From Burkholderiales bacterium (lineage in GTDB: Bacteria > Pseudomonadota > Gammaproteobacteria > Burkholderiales > Casimicrobiaceae), in contig JBBQEY010000001.1 in NCBI GenBank assembly GCA_038321425.1, positions 1 to 52,767 of the forward strand: a DNA stretch of 52,767 nt. Direction: 5' to 3'. Made by a program: the position numbers and the translations under genes. Below the pieces are notes generated by a model. It was given only the letters and a program-made list of their open reading frames with translations, had not been told where the DNA came from and ran no database searches. Positions 22,112 to 32,481 of the stretch are shown here, in pieces (position 1 is the stretch's first letter; every line of letters starts with the position of its first letter).

Positions 22112-24304
22112 ATGAGAAAGGAAATCTGGTTCGGGCTGTCGATCTTGGCGGCCGTCGTGATCGCGTTGTTCGCGCTCATGCCTGCGCCGTCGGACATGAC
22201 CAATGGCCACCTGGGACTGCTGATGCTCGCGCTGATCGTCGTGGCGATCATGCTGGGCTTCCCCACCGCTTTCACGCTGATGGGCATGGGCGTGATCTTT
22301 GCGTGGCTCGCCTACCGGGCGCAGAACCCGGACCTTGCCGTGCAGCAGACGTTGGACCTGATGGTCCAGCGCGCGTATTCGGTAATGTCCAATGACGTGC
22401 TGATCTCGATCCCGCTTTTCGTGTTCATGGGCTACCTCGTCGAGCGCGCCAACCTCATCGAGAAATTGTTCCGCAGCCTGCACCTCGCGCTGGCGCGGCT
22501 GCCGGGATCGCTGGCGGTCGCCACGCTCGTCACGTGCGCCATCTTCGCCACGGCCACCGGTATCGTCGGCGCGGTGGTCACGCTGATGGGCCTGCTGGCG
22601 TTGCCGGCGATGCTGCGTGCCGGCTACAACATCAAGATTTCCGCGGGCGTCATCACGGCGGGCGGATGCCTCGGCATCCTGATTCCGCCGTCGGTGATGC
22701 TGATCGTCTACGGTGCTACGGCCGGCGTGTCGGTCGTGAAGCTCTACGCCGGGGCGTTCTTTCCCGGCCTCATGCTGGCGGGCCTCTACATCGGCTACAT
22801 CATCGTGCTGGCCAAGTTGAGGCCCTCGATGATGCCGCCGCTGCCCACTGCCGACCGCCACGTGCCGCTGCCGCCGCACATTTCCACGCTGGCCGCGACG
22901 ATGGGCGACAAGGTGATGCCGGCGCTGGCGCGCGCGTTCACAGGCCGCGGCCGGCACGGCGTACCCACCGGAATGATCGTGCGCGACGGATTCACCGCGC
23001 TGCTTCCTGCGTTGGTGTTCATCCTGATCATGGGTCTTACCTGGCACGCGTTGACGAAACCCGAAGTGGTCGTCGACACGTCCGGATTGGAATCGATGGG
23101 GCAGGCGTCGATGGATAGCGGTCTTGCCGAGCCGACGGAGGAGGAATCCGGATCGAGCACCGGGCTCGCCGAACCGCCGTCGACCGGTTTGCAGGAGCCG
23201 CCGACATCGACCGGTTTGCAGGAACCGCCTGCCAGCGGCGTGCAGGAACCGGCGGCGACCGCTGCGTCGGCGCCACCGGCGCCTGCTGCCGGAACCGCGG
23301 GTGCCGTCGCGAAGACCGCGGCGCCCACGCCGGCGGCGGCAGCGTTATGGGAGCGCCTGCCCACGCCCAACGCCTTCTGGATCGTGCTGCTGGTGGGCTT
23401 GGGCTCGCTCGCCGGGTTCTACGCGATCTTCACGTGGGTGCGCTACGAGATCTACAAGATGTTGCTGGCGTCGTTTTTCCCGCTGGCGGTGCTGATCCTG
23501 GCGGTACTGGGCACGATCGTCTTCGGCCTCGCCACGCCAACGGAGGCTGCCGCCGTCGGATCGTTCGGCGGATTCACGCTGGCCGCCGTGTATGCGCTGG
23601 CCAAGCTGCCGCCGGTACGCCGGGCGCAGGTGTTGAGGGTTTGGGTGCCGCTGTGGCTGGCCTTGGCACTGTCCGTCGTCTGGTTCCTGCTGCTGCGGTT
23701 CGAAGTGCTGGAGTCCGGACCGCCGATGTGGGTGGGCTGGGTGTCGATCATCGCCACCGGCTTGTGGTGCGTCGTCGCCACCGCGCAGGTCAAGTTGCTG
23801 CCCACGGTCCGTGAGTCGGTATTCCTCACCGCGAAGACGTCGGCGATGGTGTGCTGGCTTTTCGTCGGATCCTCGATCTTTTCCGCCGCGTTCGCGCTGC
23901 TGGGCGGGCAGGAGTTGATCGAACGCTGGGTGCTGTCGCTGGGCCTGTCGCCGATCCAGTTCATGATTTTGGCGCAAGCCATCATCTTCCTGCTGGGCTG
24001 GCCGCTCGAGTGGACCGAGATCATTGTCATCTTCATGCCGATCTTCATTCCGCTACTGGCCAAGTTCAACATCGATCCGCTGTTCTTCGGCTTGCTGGTG
24101 GCGCTCAACCTGCAGACGGCATTCCTCTCGCCACCGGTAGCAATGGCGGCTTTTTACCTGAAGGGCGTGGCACCACCGCATGTGACACTGAACCAGATTT
24201 TCGCGGGGATGCTGCCGTTCATGGGCATTCAAGTCATCGCTGTGGTTCTGCTGTACATGTTCCCGGGCATCGGATTGTGGCTGCCGGAGGTGCTCTACAG
24301 GTAG
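22112..24304 (+). CDS. dctM: TRAP transporter large permease with long internal insertion
   Basis: SIPLFVFMG, GCLGILIPPSVMLIVYG, GLATPTEAAAVG, NLQTAFLSPP; 730 aa. Confidence 0.93.
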   Translation: MRKEIWFGLSILAAVVIALFALMPAPSDMTNGHLGLLMLALIVVAIMLGFPTAFTLMGMGVIFAWLAYRAQNPDLAVQQTLDLMVQRAYSVMSNDVLISIPLFVFMGYLVERANLIEKLFRSLHLALARLPGSLAVATLVTCAIFATATGIVGAVVTLMGLLALPAMLRAGYNIKISAGVITAGGCLGILIPPSVMLIVYGATAGVSVVKLYAGAFFPGLMLAGLYIGYIIVLAKLRPSMMPPLPTADRHVPLPPHISTLAATMGDKVMPALARAFTGRGRHGVPTGMIVRDGFTALLPALVFILIMGLTWHALTKPEVVVDTSGLESMGQASMDSGLAEPTEEESGSSTGLAEPPSTGLQEPPTSTGLQEPPASGVQEPAATAASAPPAPAAGTAGAVAKTAAPTPAAAALWERLPTPNAFWIVLLVGLGSLAGFYAIFTWVRYEIYKMLLASFFPLAVLILAVLGTIVFGLATPTEAAAVGSFGGFTLAAVYALAKLPPVRRAQVLRVWVPLWLALALSVVWFLLLRFEVLESGPPMWVGWVSIIATGLWCVVATAQVKLLPTVRESVFLTAKTSAMVCWLFVGSSIFSAAFALLGGQELIERWVLSLGLSPIQFMILAQAIIFLLGWPLEWTEIIVIFMPIFIPLLAKFNIDPLFFGLLVALNLQTAFLSPPVAMAAFYLKGVAPPHVTLNQIFAGMLPFMGIQVIAVVLLYMFPGIGLWLPEVLYR

Positions 24305-24394
24305 ATGTCGGCGGCGCGGCATTGCGCGGAGCCGGCTTCGAGGCGTAGTCTTGAACACAACGCGGCGCTTGGCACCGCGTGCCACGGAGGCCCC

Positions 24395-24835
24395 ATGCTC
24401 GTCAGCGAAATCCTGCGGATCAAGGGCAACACGCTGTTCACGACCACGCCCGAAGGCACGGTGCTCGAAGCTGTGCGCGCGATGGCCGCGCAGGACATCG
24501 GATCCCTGGTCGTCATGGACCGCGGCAAGCTCGCGGGACTCCTCACCTTCCGCGAAGTGCTGGCGGGACTGGCCACGCGCGAAGGCGCGCTGGGCGCGCT
24601 CAAGGTGGCCGACATCTACGAGCGCGATCCGCTGATCGCCAGCACGAAGATCGACGTGATGGAATTGCGGCGCTCGATGCTCGATCGCCACGCGCGTTAT
24701 GTGCCCGTCATGGATGACGGCACGCTCTTCGGCGTCGTGTCCTTCCACGATGTGGCCAAGGCGGTCTACGAAGAGCAGAGCTTCGAGAACCGAATGCTGA
24801 AGAGCTACATCCAGGCTTCGCCGGACACGACCTAG
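24395..24835 (+). CDS. CBS domain-pair protein
   Basis: MLVSEILRIKG, IGSLVVMD, RYVPVMD..LFGVVSFHDVAK; GGAGG RBS at 24386. Confidence 0.9.
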   Translation: MLVSEILRIKGNTLFTTTPEGTVLEAVRAMAAQDIGSLVVMDRGKLAGLLTFREVLAGLATREGALGALKVADIYERDPLIASTKIDVMELRRSMLDRHARYVPVMDDGTLFGVVSFHDVAKAVYEEQSFENRMLKSYIQASPDTT

Positions 24836-25542
24836 GCGTCCAGCAGGAAGATCGCCGGTCGCTTGTCGAACTGCGCGAGGTCCATGCGCCGCCAAGCCGA
24901 AACGTGCTGCCGGATGATCGATTGCGTCGGCAGCGTCAGGTCGGCCGCGACGCACACCATCGTTTCGGGCCGCAACGTGGCCACGATCGTCGTCAGCATT
25001 GCGGTGTTGCGATAAGGCGTTTCGATGAAGAGCTGCGTGCACTTGCGCTGTTTCGCGTCGTCCTCAAGGCGGCGCAGCGCGGTCGCGCGTTCCCCGACCG
25101 GTACGGGCAAGTAGCCGTGGAACGCGAACTGCTGACCGTTCATGCCCGACGCCATCAGCGCCAGCAGCAGGGAGGAGGGGCCGACCAGCGGCACCACGGC
25201 AATGCCGGCAGCGTGCGCGGCCGCCACCAGCAGCGCGCCCGGGTCGGCCACGCCAGGGCAGCCCGCATCGGACAGCAGGCCGACGTCGTGACCTGCCAGG
25301 GCAGGGACCAACAGTTCCTTGAGCGCGGCAGCATCACGCCGTCCGGGCATTGGCCGGATGTGCAGCGACGCGATGGGTACGCTGACGCCGACCGTCTTGA
25401 GGAACGCCCGCGCCGGCTTCTCGGTCTCCACGATCCAGTGCGTGAGTGCCCGCGCCACCGCCAGCGTGCGCACTGGCAGCACCTCCGCAGGGTCGGCCAC
25501 GACGCCCAGCAGGTTGGGCACGAGGTAGAGCGATCCGGTCAC
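24832..25542 (-). CDS. Tetrapyrrole-methylase/RsmI-like SAM-dependent methyltransferase
   Basis: LYLVPNLLG, GLLSDAGCPGVADPG, PLVGPSS, FIETPYRN; coupled to maf. Confidence 0.9.
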   Translation of the reverse strand: MTGSLYLVPNLLGVVADPAEVLPVRTLAVARALTHWIVETEKPARAFLKTVGVSVPIASLHIRPMPGRRDAAALKELLVPALAGHDVGLLSDAGCPGVADPGALLVAAAHAAGIAVVPLVGPSSLLLALMASGMNGQQFAFHGYLPVPVGERATALRRLEDDAKQRKCTQLFIETPYRNTAMLTTIVATLRPETMVCVAADLTLPTQSIIRQHVSAWRRMDLAQFDKRPAIFLLDA

Positions 25543-26144
25543 CGGGCAGCCTCTCGCAGCACGTCGAAGCCTTCGGCGCGCAACAGTCGCGTGAGAGCGA
25601 TTAATGGCAGGCCGATCAGCGCGGTTGGGTCGTCGCTGACGATGCGGTCGAACAGCGCGATGCCCAGGGCCTCGGATTTCACGGAGCCGGCGCAGTCGAA
25701 CGGCTGTTCGCGGTCCACGTAGGTGACAATTTCCGCGTCCGTCAGCGCCCGGAACGTGCTGGCCACATCCACCAACTCGACATGGCAGCGGCCGCTACGG
25801 GCGTCGACCAGCGCCACGCCCGTGTGGAAAATGACCGTTTGCCCCGACAGCAGCCGCAACTGGGCCAGCGCGGCGTCGCGGTTGCCGGGCTTGCCGACAT
25901 GGCGGCCATTGCAGTCGGCCACCTGGTCCGACCCGATGACCAGCGCATCGGCATAGTGCGCCGCTACGGCCCGGGCCTTGGCCTCCGCCAGCCGCAGCGC
26001 GACCGCTCCGGCGCCTTCCCCGGGCCTGGCCGCCTCGTCCACGCCCGGGCTGGCAACCACGAAGGGGCAGCCCAGCCGTTCGAGCAACGCGCGGCGGTAC
26101 CGGGACGTGGAGGCAAGCACCAGCGGCCGATCTGCGTTCCCCAT
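25539..26144 (-). CDS. maf: Maf-family nucleotide pyrophosphatase (YceF type)
   Basis: LVLASTSRYRR, IGSDQVA, GKPG, DCAGSVKSEALG, LIGLPL; divergent from yceD. Confidence 0.93.
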   Translation of the reverse strand: MGNADRPLVLASTSRYRRALLERLGCPFVVASPGVDEAARPGEGAGAVALRLAEAKARAVAAHYADALVIGSDQVADCNGRHVGKPGNRDAALAQLRLLSGQTVIFHTGVALVDARSGRCHVELVDVASTFRALTDAEIVTYVDREQPFDCAGSVKSEALGIALFDRIVSDDPTALIGLPLIALTRLLRAEGFDVLREAAR

Positions 26145-26233
26145 TGTTTTTACTGACCTTTCTTTGACATGGCGGCGGTTTCGGGCTATTATCCCGCGTT
26201 TGGCCACACCGGCAGTCAAGGCGTACTCCAACC

Positions 26234-26674
26234 ATGGCCCAACGTCCCCCGCAGCAGCCCAAGGCGCCCGGGACCTTCGACGCGTTCAAGCTCGCGCGCG
26301 AGCGTGGTGCGATGGAGGGCGTGCTCGACGTGGCTGAGTCTCGGCGTTTGGCCGATCGTCTGGCGGAAGGCCCGGGCAGCATCCGGTGGCGCATCGAAGG
26401 CACCGTCGACAGTGCGGGCAGGCCGGCACTGGCGATCGCCATCGAAGGCAGCGTGCCACTGGAATGCCAGCGGTCGCTCGAGACATTCGAATACCCGGTT
26501 GCGCAGCGGACCATCGCGGTGCTGGCCAAGAACGAAGCCGAGGCCGATGCCCTCGACGCCGGCAGCGACGACGAAGTACTGGTGGCCGATCACATCTTCG
26601 ATCCGGTTGCATTGGTGGAAGACGAATTGTTGTTGACGCTGCCCTACGCACCGATGCGTCCGGACAGCGCCTGA
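26234..26674 (+). CDS. yceD: DUF177/YceD protein
   Basis: LECQRSLE, LVEDELLLTLPYAP; precedes rpmF. Confidence 0.9.
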   Translation: MAQRPPQQPKAPGTFDAFKLARERGAMEGVLDVAESRRLADRLAEGPGSIRWRIEGTVDSAGRPALAIAIEGSVPLECQRSLETFEYPVAQRTIAVLAKNEAEADALDAGSDDEVLVADHIFDPVALVEDELLLTLPYAPMRPDSA

Positions 26675-26709
26675 AACATTAAAAAGAAACGCAGCGAAAG
26701 GAAATCATC

Positions 26710-26892
26710 ATGGCAGTCCAGCAGAACAAGAAATCGCCGTCGAAGCGCGGCATGCATCGCGCGCACGACTTCCTCACCGCGCCCACGCTTGGCGTCGAAC
26801 CGGTCAGCGGCGAAGTGCACTTGCGCCATCACATCAGCCCCAACGGCTACTATCGCGGCAAGAAAGTCGTCCAGACCAAGAACGACGAGTAA
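26710..26892 (+). CDS. rpmF: 50S ribosomal protein L32 (no Cys motif)
   Basis: [20 protein letters not shown]...[17 protein letters not shown]. Confidence 0.98.
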   Translation: MAVQQNKKSPSKRGMHRAHDFLTAPTLGVEPVSGEVHLRHHISPNGYYRGKKVVQTKNDE

Positions 26893-26913
26893 GTCAGGCT
26901 TTGGCTTGACGCT

Positions 26914-27993
26914 ATGCCCAACGGCAAGACCGTAACGGTCGCCGTAGACGCGATGGGGGGCGACCACGGGTTGGCGGTCACGCTCCCTGCCGCGCTCAAG
27001 TTCCTCGAGGAGTTCCCGGACGCCCGCGTCATCCTCGTGGGGCTCGAAGCCCCTCTGACCGCCGCGCTGGCCAAGGCTCGCTCACCCGCCCGCGACCGCA
27101 TCACCTTGCACGCCGCCAGCGAAGTGGTGGCGATGGACGAACCACCCGCCGACGCGCTGCGCAAGAAAAAAGATTCGTCGATGCGCGTGGCCATCAACCT
27201 GGTCAAGGATGGCAGTGCGCAGGCCTGCGTGTCTGCCGGCAACACTGGCGCGCTGATGGCCATCGCGCGCTTCGTGTTGAAGACCTTGCCCGGCATCGAC
27301 CGCCCGGCCATCGCGTCGCAGTTGCCCACGCGTAAGGGCGTCACGACGGCGCTCGATCTTGGCGCCAACGTCAATTGCACGCCCGCGCAACTGGTGCAGT
27401 TCGCTGTCATGGGCAGCGCGCTGGTCACCGCCGTCGAGAACATCGAGCGTCCCACGGTCGGCCTCCTCAACATCGGCGAGGAAGACATCAAGGGCAACGA
27501 CGTCGTGAAGGAAACGGCGGAGCTGCTGAAGGCATCCAGCCTCAATTTCTACGGCAACGTCGAGGGCACCGATCTCTACAAGGGCACCACGGATGTCGTC
27601 GTGTGCGACGGCTTCGTCGGCAACGTGGTCCTCAAATCCTCCGAGGGTCTGGCGGCGATGCTCTACGACTTCCTGCGCGCCGAGTTCACGCGCAGCATCT
27701 TCACGCGCGCCGCGGCCGTGGCGGCGTATCCGGTGCTGATGGCCTTCAAGCGCCGCATCGATCCGCGCCGCTACAACGGCGCCACGCTGGTGGGCCTGAA
27801 GGGCGTCGTGGTGAAGAGCCACGGCGGCGCTGACGTGCTGGGTTTCCGCTACGCCCTGCGCAAGGCCTACGTCGAGGTCGCGCACGGCGTGCTCGACAAG
27901 ATCGCGGCGCAAGTCGAGGCCACGGCGGCCGCGACCCCGACCCCGACGACCGCGCACCCCATTCTCAACGTGGCACCGATCCCCGATGCCTAG
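26914..27993 (+). CDS. plsX: Phosphate acyltransferase PlsX
   Basis: [35 protein letters not shown]. Confidence 0.97.
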   Translation: MPNGKTVTVAVDAMGGDHGLAVTLPAALKFLEEFPDARVILVGLEAPLTAALAKARSPARDRITLHAASEVVAMDEPPADALRKKKDSSMRVAINLVKDGSAQACVSAGNTGALMAIARFVLKTLPGIDRPAIASQLPTRKGVTTALDLGANVNCTPAQLVQFAVMGSALVTAVENIERPTVGLLNIGEEDIKGNDVVKETAELLKASSLNFYGNVEGTDLYKGTTDVVVCDGFVGNVVLKSSEGLAAMLYDFLRAEFTRSIFTRAAAVAAYPVLMAFKRRIDPRRYNGATLVGLKGVVVKSHGGADVLGFRYALRKAYVEVAHGVLDKIAAQVEATAAATPTPTTAHPILNVAPIPDA

Positions 27994-28942
27994 TCGCATC
28001 GCCGGGACGGGCCGCTACCTGCCGGCCACCATCCTCACCAACGCGGAGCTCGCGGAGCGTGTCGCCACGAGCGACGACTGGATCCAGACCCGCACCGGCA
28101 TCCGCCAGCGCCATATCGCGGCCCCGGGCGAAATGACGTCCGATCTCGCGTTGCATGCCTCGCGTGCCGCGATCGCCGCCGCCGGCATGCAACCGGCGGA
28201 CGTCGATCTCATCATCGTGGCCACCACCACGCCCGACATGGTGTTTCCGTCCACGGCGTGCATCCTGCAGGACAAACTCGGCGTGCGCGGCGGCGCGGCT
28301 TTCGACGTGCAGGCGGTGTGCTCCGGCTTCGTCTATGCGCTGGCGCTGGCGGACAAGATGGTCAGCACCGGCATGGCGCGCAATGCGCTGGTTGTCGGCG
28401 CGGAAATCTATTCGCGCATCCTCGACTGGAATGATCGCGGTACCTGCGTGCTGTTCGGCGATGGCGCCGGCGCCGTCGTGCTGGTACCGGCGGCCGAACC
28501 CGGCATTCTTACCGCGCATCTGCATGCTGATGGCAGCTATCGCGACATCCTCGCGGTGCCCGGACAAGTGCGCAATGGCGTGGTCGAAGGCGTGCCGTTC
28601 CTGCACATGGATGGCACTGCCGTTTTCAAGTTCGCGGTGAAAGTGCTGGCCGACGTCGCGGAAGAGGCGCTCGCCGCCACCTCCATGCACGCCAACGATA
28701 TCGACTGGGTGATCCCGCATCAGGCCAACATCCGCATCATGGATGCGACGATGAAGAAGCTGCACCTGCCGCGCGAGCGACTGGTGGTCACCGTGGGCGA
28801 GCATGGCAACACGTCGGCGGCGTCCATTCCGCTGGCGCTCGACATCGCCGTGCGCGACGGGCGCATCCAGCCCGGCCAGCACGTGATGCTGCTGGGCGTG
28901 GGCGGCGGCTTCACGTGGGGCGCGGTCTTTCTGCGCTGGTAG
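27986..28942 (+). CDS. fabH: Beta-ketoacyl-ACP synthase III
   Basis: [26 protein letters not shown]. Confidence 0.97.
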   Translation: MPSRIAGTGRYLPATILTNAELAERVATSDDWIQTRTGIRQRHIAAPGEMTSDLALHASRAAIAAAGMQPADVDLIIVATTTPDMVFPSTACILQDKLGVRGGAAFDVQAVCSGFVYALALADKMVSTGMARNALVVGAEIYSRILDWNDRGTCVLFGDGAGAVVLVPAAEPGILTAHLHADGSYRDILAVPGQVRNGVVEGVPFLHMDGTAVFKFAVKVLADVAEEALAATSMHANDIDWVIPHQANIRIMDATMKKLHLPRERLVVTVGEHGNTSAASIPLALDIAVRDGRIQPGQHVMLLGVGGGFTWGAVFLRW

Positions 28943-28970
28943 CGCGCGCACGCGACCTCGAAAGGCAATC

Positions 28971-29909
28971 ATGAAACTTGCAATGGTGTTTCCCGGACAG
29001 GGCTCGCAGACGGTGGGCATGATGAACGGCTGGGGTGACCATCCGGTCGTCCGCGCGACCTTCGACGAAGCCTCCGCTGCATTGGGCCAGGACCTGTGGG
29101 CGTTGGTGGCGGATGGCCCCGCGGAAGATCTCAATCTCACGACCAACACGCAACCGGTGATGCTGACCGCGGGTGTCGCCGCCTGGCGCGCGTGGCTCGC
29201 GGCAGGTGGTCCGCAGCCGGTGTTGCTGGCCGGCCACAGCCTTGGCGAGTACACGGCGTTGGTGGCCGCAGGTGCGCTGTCCTTCTTTGACGCCGTGCCG
29301 CTGGTGCGCTTTCGCGCGCAGGCGATGCAGGACGCGGTGCCGGCCGGCGTCGGTGCGATGGCGGCGATCATGGGCGCCCCCGATGACGACGCCGTCATCG
29401 CGGCGTGCGCCGAAGCCGCGCAGGGCCAGGTCGTGGAGGCCGTCAATTTCAACGCGCCGGGCCAACTGGTGATTGCGGGTCACCGCGAGGCTGTGGAGCG
29501 CGCCATCGCCGTGGCCAAGACCAAGGGCGCCAAGCGCGGCGTGATCCTGCCGGTATCGGCACCGTTCCACAGTTCGCTGCTGCGGCCTGCGGCCCTGCGC
29601 CTCGCCGTGCGGTTGGCGAAGATCACGATGACCGCACCCACCATTCCGGTGCTGCACAATGTCGACGTGCTGATGCATGACTCGCCGGATGCTATTCGCC
29701 ATGCGCTGGCGCAACAGGCCGCGCATCCGGTGCGGTGGACAGCCACGATGCAGGCAATGGGCGCGCAAGGCATCACGCATGTGGTCGAGTGCGGTCCCGG
29801 CAAGGTGCTGGCGGGCTTGGCCAAGCGTAGCGTCGACAGCGTGCAGGCGTATTCGCTGACGGACGGGGAGGCACTGGCCGCAACGTTGGCTGAACTCGCG
29901 GCGGCTTGA
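28971..29909 (+). CDS. fabD: Malonyl-CoA:ACP transacylase
   Basis: FPGQGSQ, GHSLGEY, VSAPFHS. Confidence 0.98.
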   Translation: MKLAMVFPGQGSQTVGMMNGWGDHPVVRATFDEASAALGQDLWALVADGPAEDLNLTTNTQPVMLTAGVAAWRAWLAAGGPQPVLLAGHSLGEYTALVAAGALSFFDAVPLVRFRAQAMQDAVPAGVGAMAAIMGAPDDDAVIAACAEAAQGQVVEAVNFNAPGQLVIAGHREAVERAIAVAKTKGAKRGVILPVSAPFHSSLLRPAALRLAVRLAKITMTAPTIPVLHNVDVLMHDSPDAIRHALAQQAAHPVRWTATMQAMGAQGITHVVECGPGKVLAGLAKRSVDSVQAYSLTDGEALAATLAELAAA

Positions 29910-29919
29910 GGCGAACACG

Positions 29920-30675
29920 ATGATTACAACGCTGCCGCTGTCCGGACAACTCGCGCTCGTGACCGGCGCCACGCGTGGCATCGGCCTCGCGATTGCATTG
30001 CGCCTCGCCGCCGACGGCGCCACCGTGGTGGGCACGGCGACGACCGACGAGGGCGCGGCGAAGATCGATGCCGCGTTGCGCGCGGCCGGCAATGCCGGCA
30101 TGGGCGTGAAGCTCGATGTGACCGATGCCACTGCCACGGTAACGGTGCTGGCGGCCATCGAAGCAAAGCACGGTGCGATCGGCATCCTCGTCAACAACGC
30201 CGGCATCACGCGCGACAACCTGTTGCTGCGGATGAAGGACGACGAGTGGGATGCGATCATGGCCACGAACCTGAAGCCCGCCTACCGGTTGGCCAAGGCG
30301 GTGTTGCGCGGCATGATGAAGGCGCGCACCGGCCGCATCATCCAGATCGGCAGCGTCGTGGGGTCGAGCGGCAATCCGGGACAAGTGAATTACGCCGCCG
30401 CCAAGGCCGCGCTGATCGGTTTCACCAAGTCACTGGCACAGGAAGTCGGTAGCCGCAACATCACCGTCAACTGCGTGGCGCCGGGATTCATCGACACCGA
30501 CATGACCAAGTCATTGCCGGACGCCGCGCGTGAAACTCTGGTGGGGCGCATCCCGCTGGGCCGGCTGGGTGCGCCGGAGGACATTGCGCACGCGGTGGCC
30601 TATCTGGCCAGCCCCGGGGCGGCCTATGTCACGGGCATTACGCTGCACGTGAACGGCGGCATGTACATGGTTTGA
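29920..30675 (+). CDS. fabG: 3-oxoacyl-ACP reductase
   Basis: TGATRGIG, NNAGITRD, NYAAAK, VAPGFIDTDMT. Confidence 0.97.
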   Translation: MITTLPLSGQLALVTGATRGIGLAIALRLAADGATVVGTATTDEGAAKIDAALRAAGNAGMGVKLDVTDATATVTVLAAIEAKHGAIGILVNNAGITRDNLLLRMKDDEWDAIMATNLKPAYRLAKAVLRGMMKARTGRIIQIGSVVGSSGNPGQVNYAAAKAALIGFTKSLAQEVGSRNITVNCVAPGFIDTDMTKSLPDAARETLVGRIPLGRLGAPEDIAHAVAYLASPGAAYVTGITLHVNGGMYMV

Positions 30676-30786
30676 TGCGGGTTTTTGTCTACCGGGTGGC
30701 GCCGCTCCGGCCCCCGGTCAGGCAGGGGCATTCTGGTAGAATTGCGGGGTTTGCACTTCAGGGGGCCCCTTCAAGGGGAGCACAGC

Positions 30787-31026
30787 ATGGAAAATGTAGA
30801 ACAACGCGTCAAGAAGATCGTCGCCGAGCAACTGGGCGTCAACGAAGCCGAAATCAAGAACGAGTCGTCGTTCGTCGACGACCTGGGCGCGGATTCGCTC
30901 GACACGGTTGAACTGGTGATGGCGCTCGAGGAAGAATTCGAGACCGAGATCCCCGACGACGAAGCCGAGAAGATCACCACGGTGCAGCAGGCCATCGACT
31001 ACGTCGGGAAGAACATCAAGAAATAG
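30787..31026 (+). CDS. acpP: Acyl carrier protein
   Basis: [17 protein letters not shown]...[14 protein letters not shown]; GGGGAG RBS. Confidence 0.98.
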   Translation: MENVEQRVKKIVAEQLGVNEAEIKNESSFVDDLGADSLDTVELVMALEEEFETEIPDDEAEKITTVQQAIDYVGKNIKK

Positions 31027-31188
31027 CCGGCGCTCAAAACCGGCGCCGCGGGCCGCGGTTGTGGGCCCGCCCGCCAACCCGTGCGCGGGCATGCGGCGTA
31101 TCGAGGCCGTAACGGGCGCCGCCCCGCAGGCCCCGCGGGGCGGCGGCCACCTGGCCCAACTTTCCGAACTCGCCGCAAGGCATCGCAC

Positions 31189-32430
31189 ATGACCCGCAGA
31201 CGCGTCGTCGTCACAGGCCTTGGCATCATTGCTCCCGTCGGCATCGGCATCGATGCGGCGTGGTCTGCCATCCTGGCCGGTCAATCCGGCATCGGTCCCA
31301 TCACGCGCTTCGATGCATCGACGTTTCCGTCGCGCATTGCCGGCGAGGTGAAGAACTTCGACGTCACCAAGTTCCTGTCGGCCAAGGAAGCCCGCCGCTA
31401 CGACACCTTCATCCACTTCGGCCTCGTCGCGACGATGGAAGCCGTGAAGGACGCCGGGCTCGAGAATTACGGCGGTGACAAGGAACGCGTGGGCGTGTGC
31501 ATCGGCTCCGGCATCGGTGGCCTGCCGATGATCGAAGACACCGCCAAGGCGTTTGCCGAAGGAGGCGTGCGCAAGATCTCGCCCTTCTTCGTGCCCGGCT
31601 CGATCATCAACATGATCTCCGGCCTCGCGTCGATTCATTACGGCTACAAGGGGCCGAACCTCGGCACCGTCAGCGCGTGTTCCACCGCCAACCACAGCAT
31701 CGGCGAGGCCGCGCGCCTCATCGAGTACGGTGATGCCGACATCATGGTGGCCGGTGGTGCTGAATCCACCGTGTCGCCGCTGGGCATCGGCGGGTTCTGT
31801 GCATCGCGCGCGCTGTCCACACGCAACGACGACCCCACGACCGCCAGCCGCCCGTGGGATACGGGCCGGGACGGTTTCGTGCTGGGCGAGGGCGCCGGCG
31901 TGCTGGTACTGGAGGAATACGAACATGCGAAGGCGCGTGGCGCGCGCATCTATTGTGAACTGACCGGCTACGGCATGAGTGCCGACGCGCATCACATCAC
32001 CGCGCCGCCGGAAGACGGCGACGGCGGCCGCCGCAGCATGTTGAATGCGTTGCGCAATGGCGGCATGCAGGTCACCGACATCGATTACATCAACGCGCAC
32101 GGTACCTCGACACCACTAGGCGACCTCGCCGAAGTCGTGGGCTTGAAACGCGCCTTCGGCGACCACGCGAAGAAGCTGGCCGTATCGTCCACGAAGTCGA
32201 TGACCGGGCACCTGCTGGGTGCCGCGGGAGGCATCGAGGCGGTGTTTACCGTGCTGGCGATGCGCGACCAGATTGCGCCGCCCACGATCAACCTGGTCAA
32301 TGCCGATCCGGCCTGCGACCTCGACTTCGTGCCGCTGGTGGCGCGCAAAATGAAAATCACCGGCGCACTATCCAATTCATTCGGCTTCGGCGGCACCAAC
32401 GCCACGCTGGCGTTTCGCCTGCTGACCTGA
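31189..32430 (+). CDS. fabF: Beta-ketoacyl-ACP synthase II
   Basis: RRVVVTGLG, SACST, NAHGTSTP, GHLLGAAG, SNSFGFGGTN. Confidence 0.97.
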   Translation: MTRRRVVVTGLGIIAPVGIGIDAAWSAILAGQSGIGPITRFDASTFPSRIAGEVKNFDVTKFLSAKEARRYDTFIHFGLVATMEAVKDAGLENYGGDKERVGVCIGSGIGGLPMIEDTAKAFAEGGVRKISPFFVPGSIINMISGLASIHYGYKGPNLGTVSACSTANHSIGEAARLIEYGDADIMVAGGAESTVSPLGIGGFCASRALSTRNDDPTTASRPWDTGRDGFVLGEGAGVLVLEEYEHAKARGARIYCELTGYGMSADAHHITAPPEDGDGGRRSMLNALRNGGMQVTDIDYINAHGTSTPLGDLAEVVGLKRAFGDHAKKLAVSSTKSMTGHLLGAAGGIEAVFTVLAMRDQIAPPTINLVNADPACDLDFVPLVARKMKITGALSNSFGFGGTNATLAFRLLT

Positions 32431-32481
32431 TTTTCCGGCGGTGGACCGTTTGCGGCCACTGCCACTCCAACGCTCGCACTC

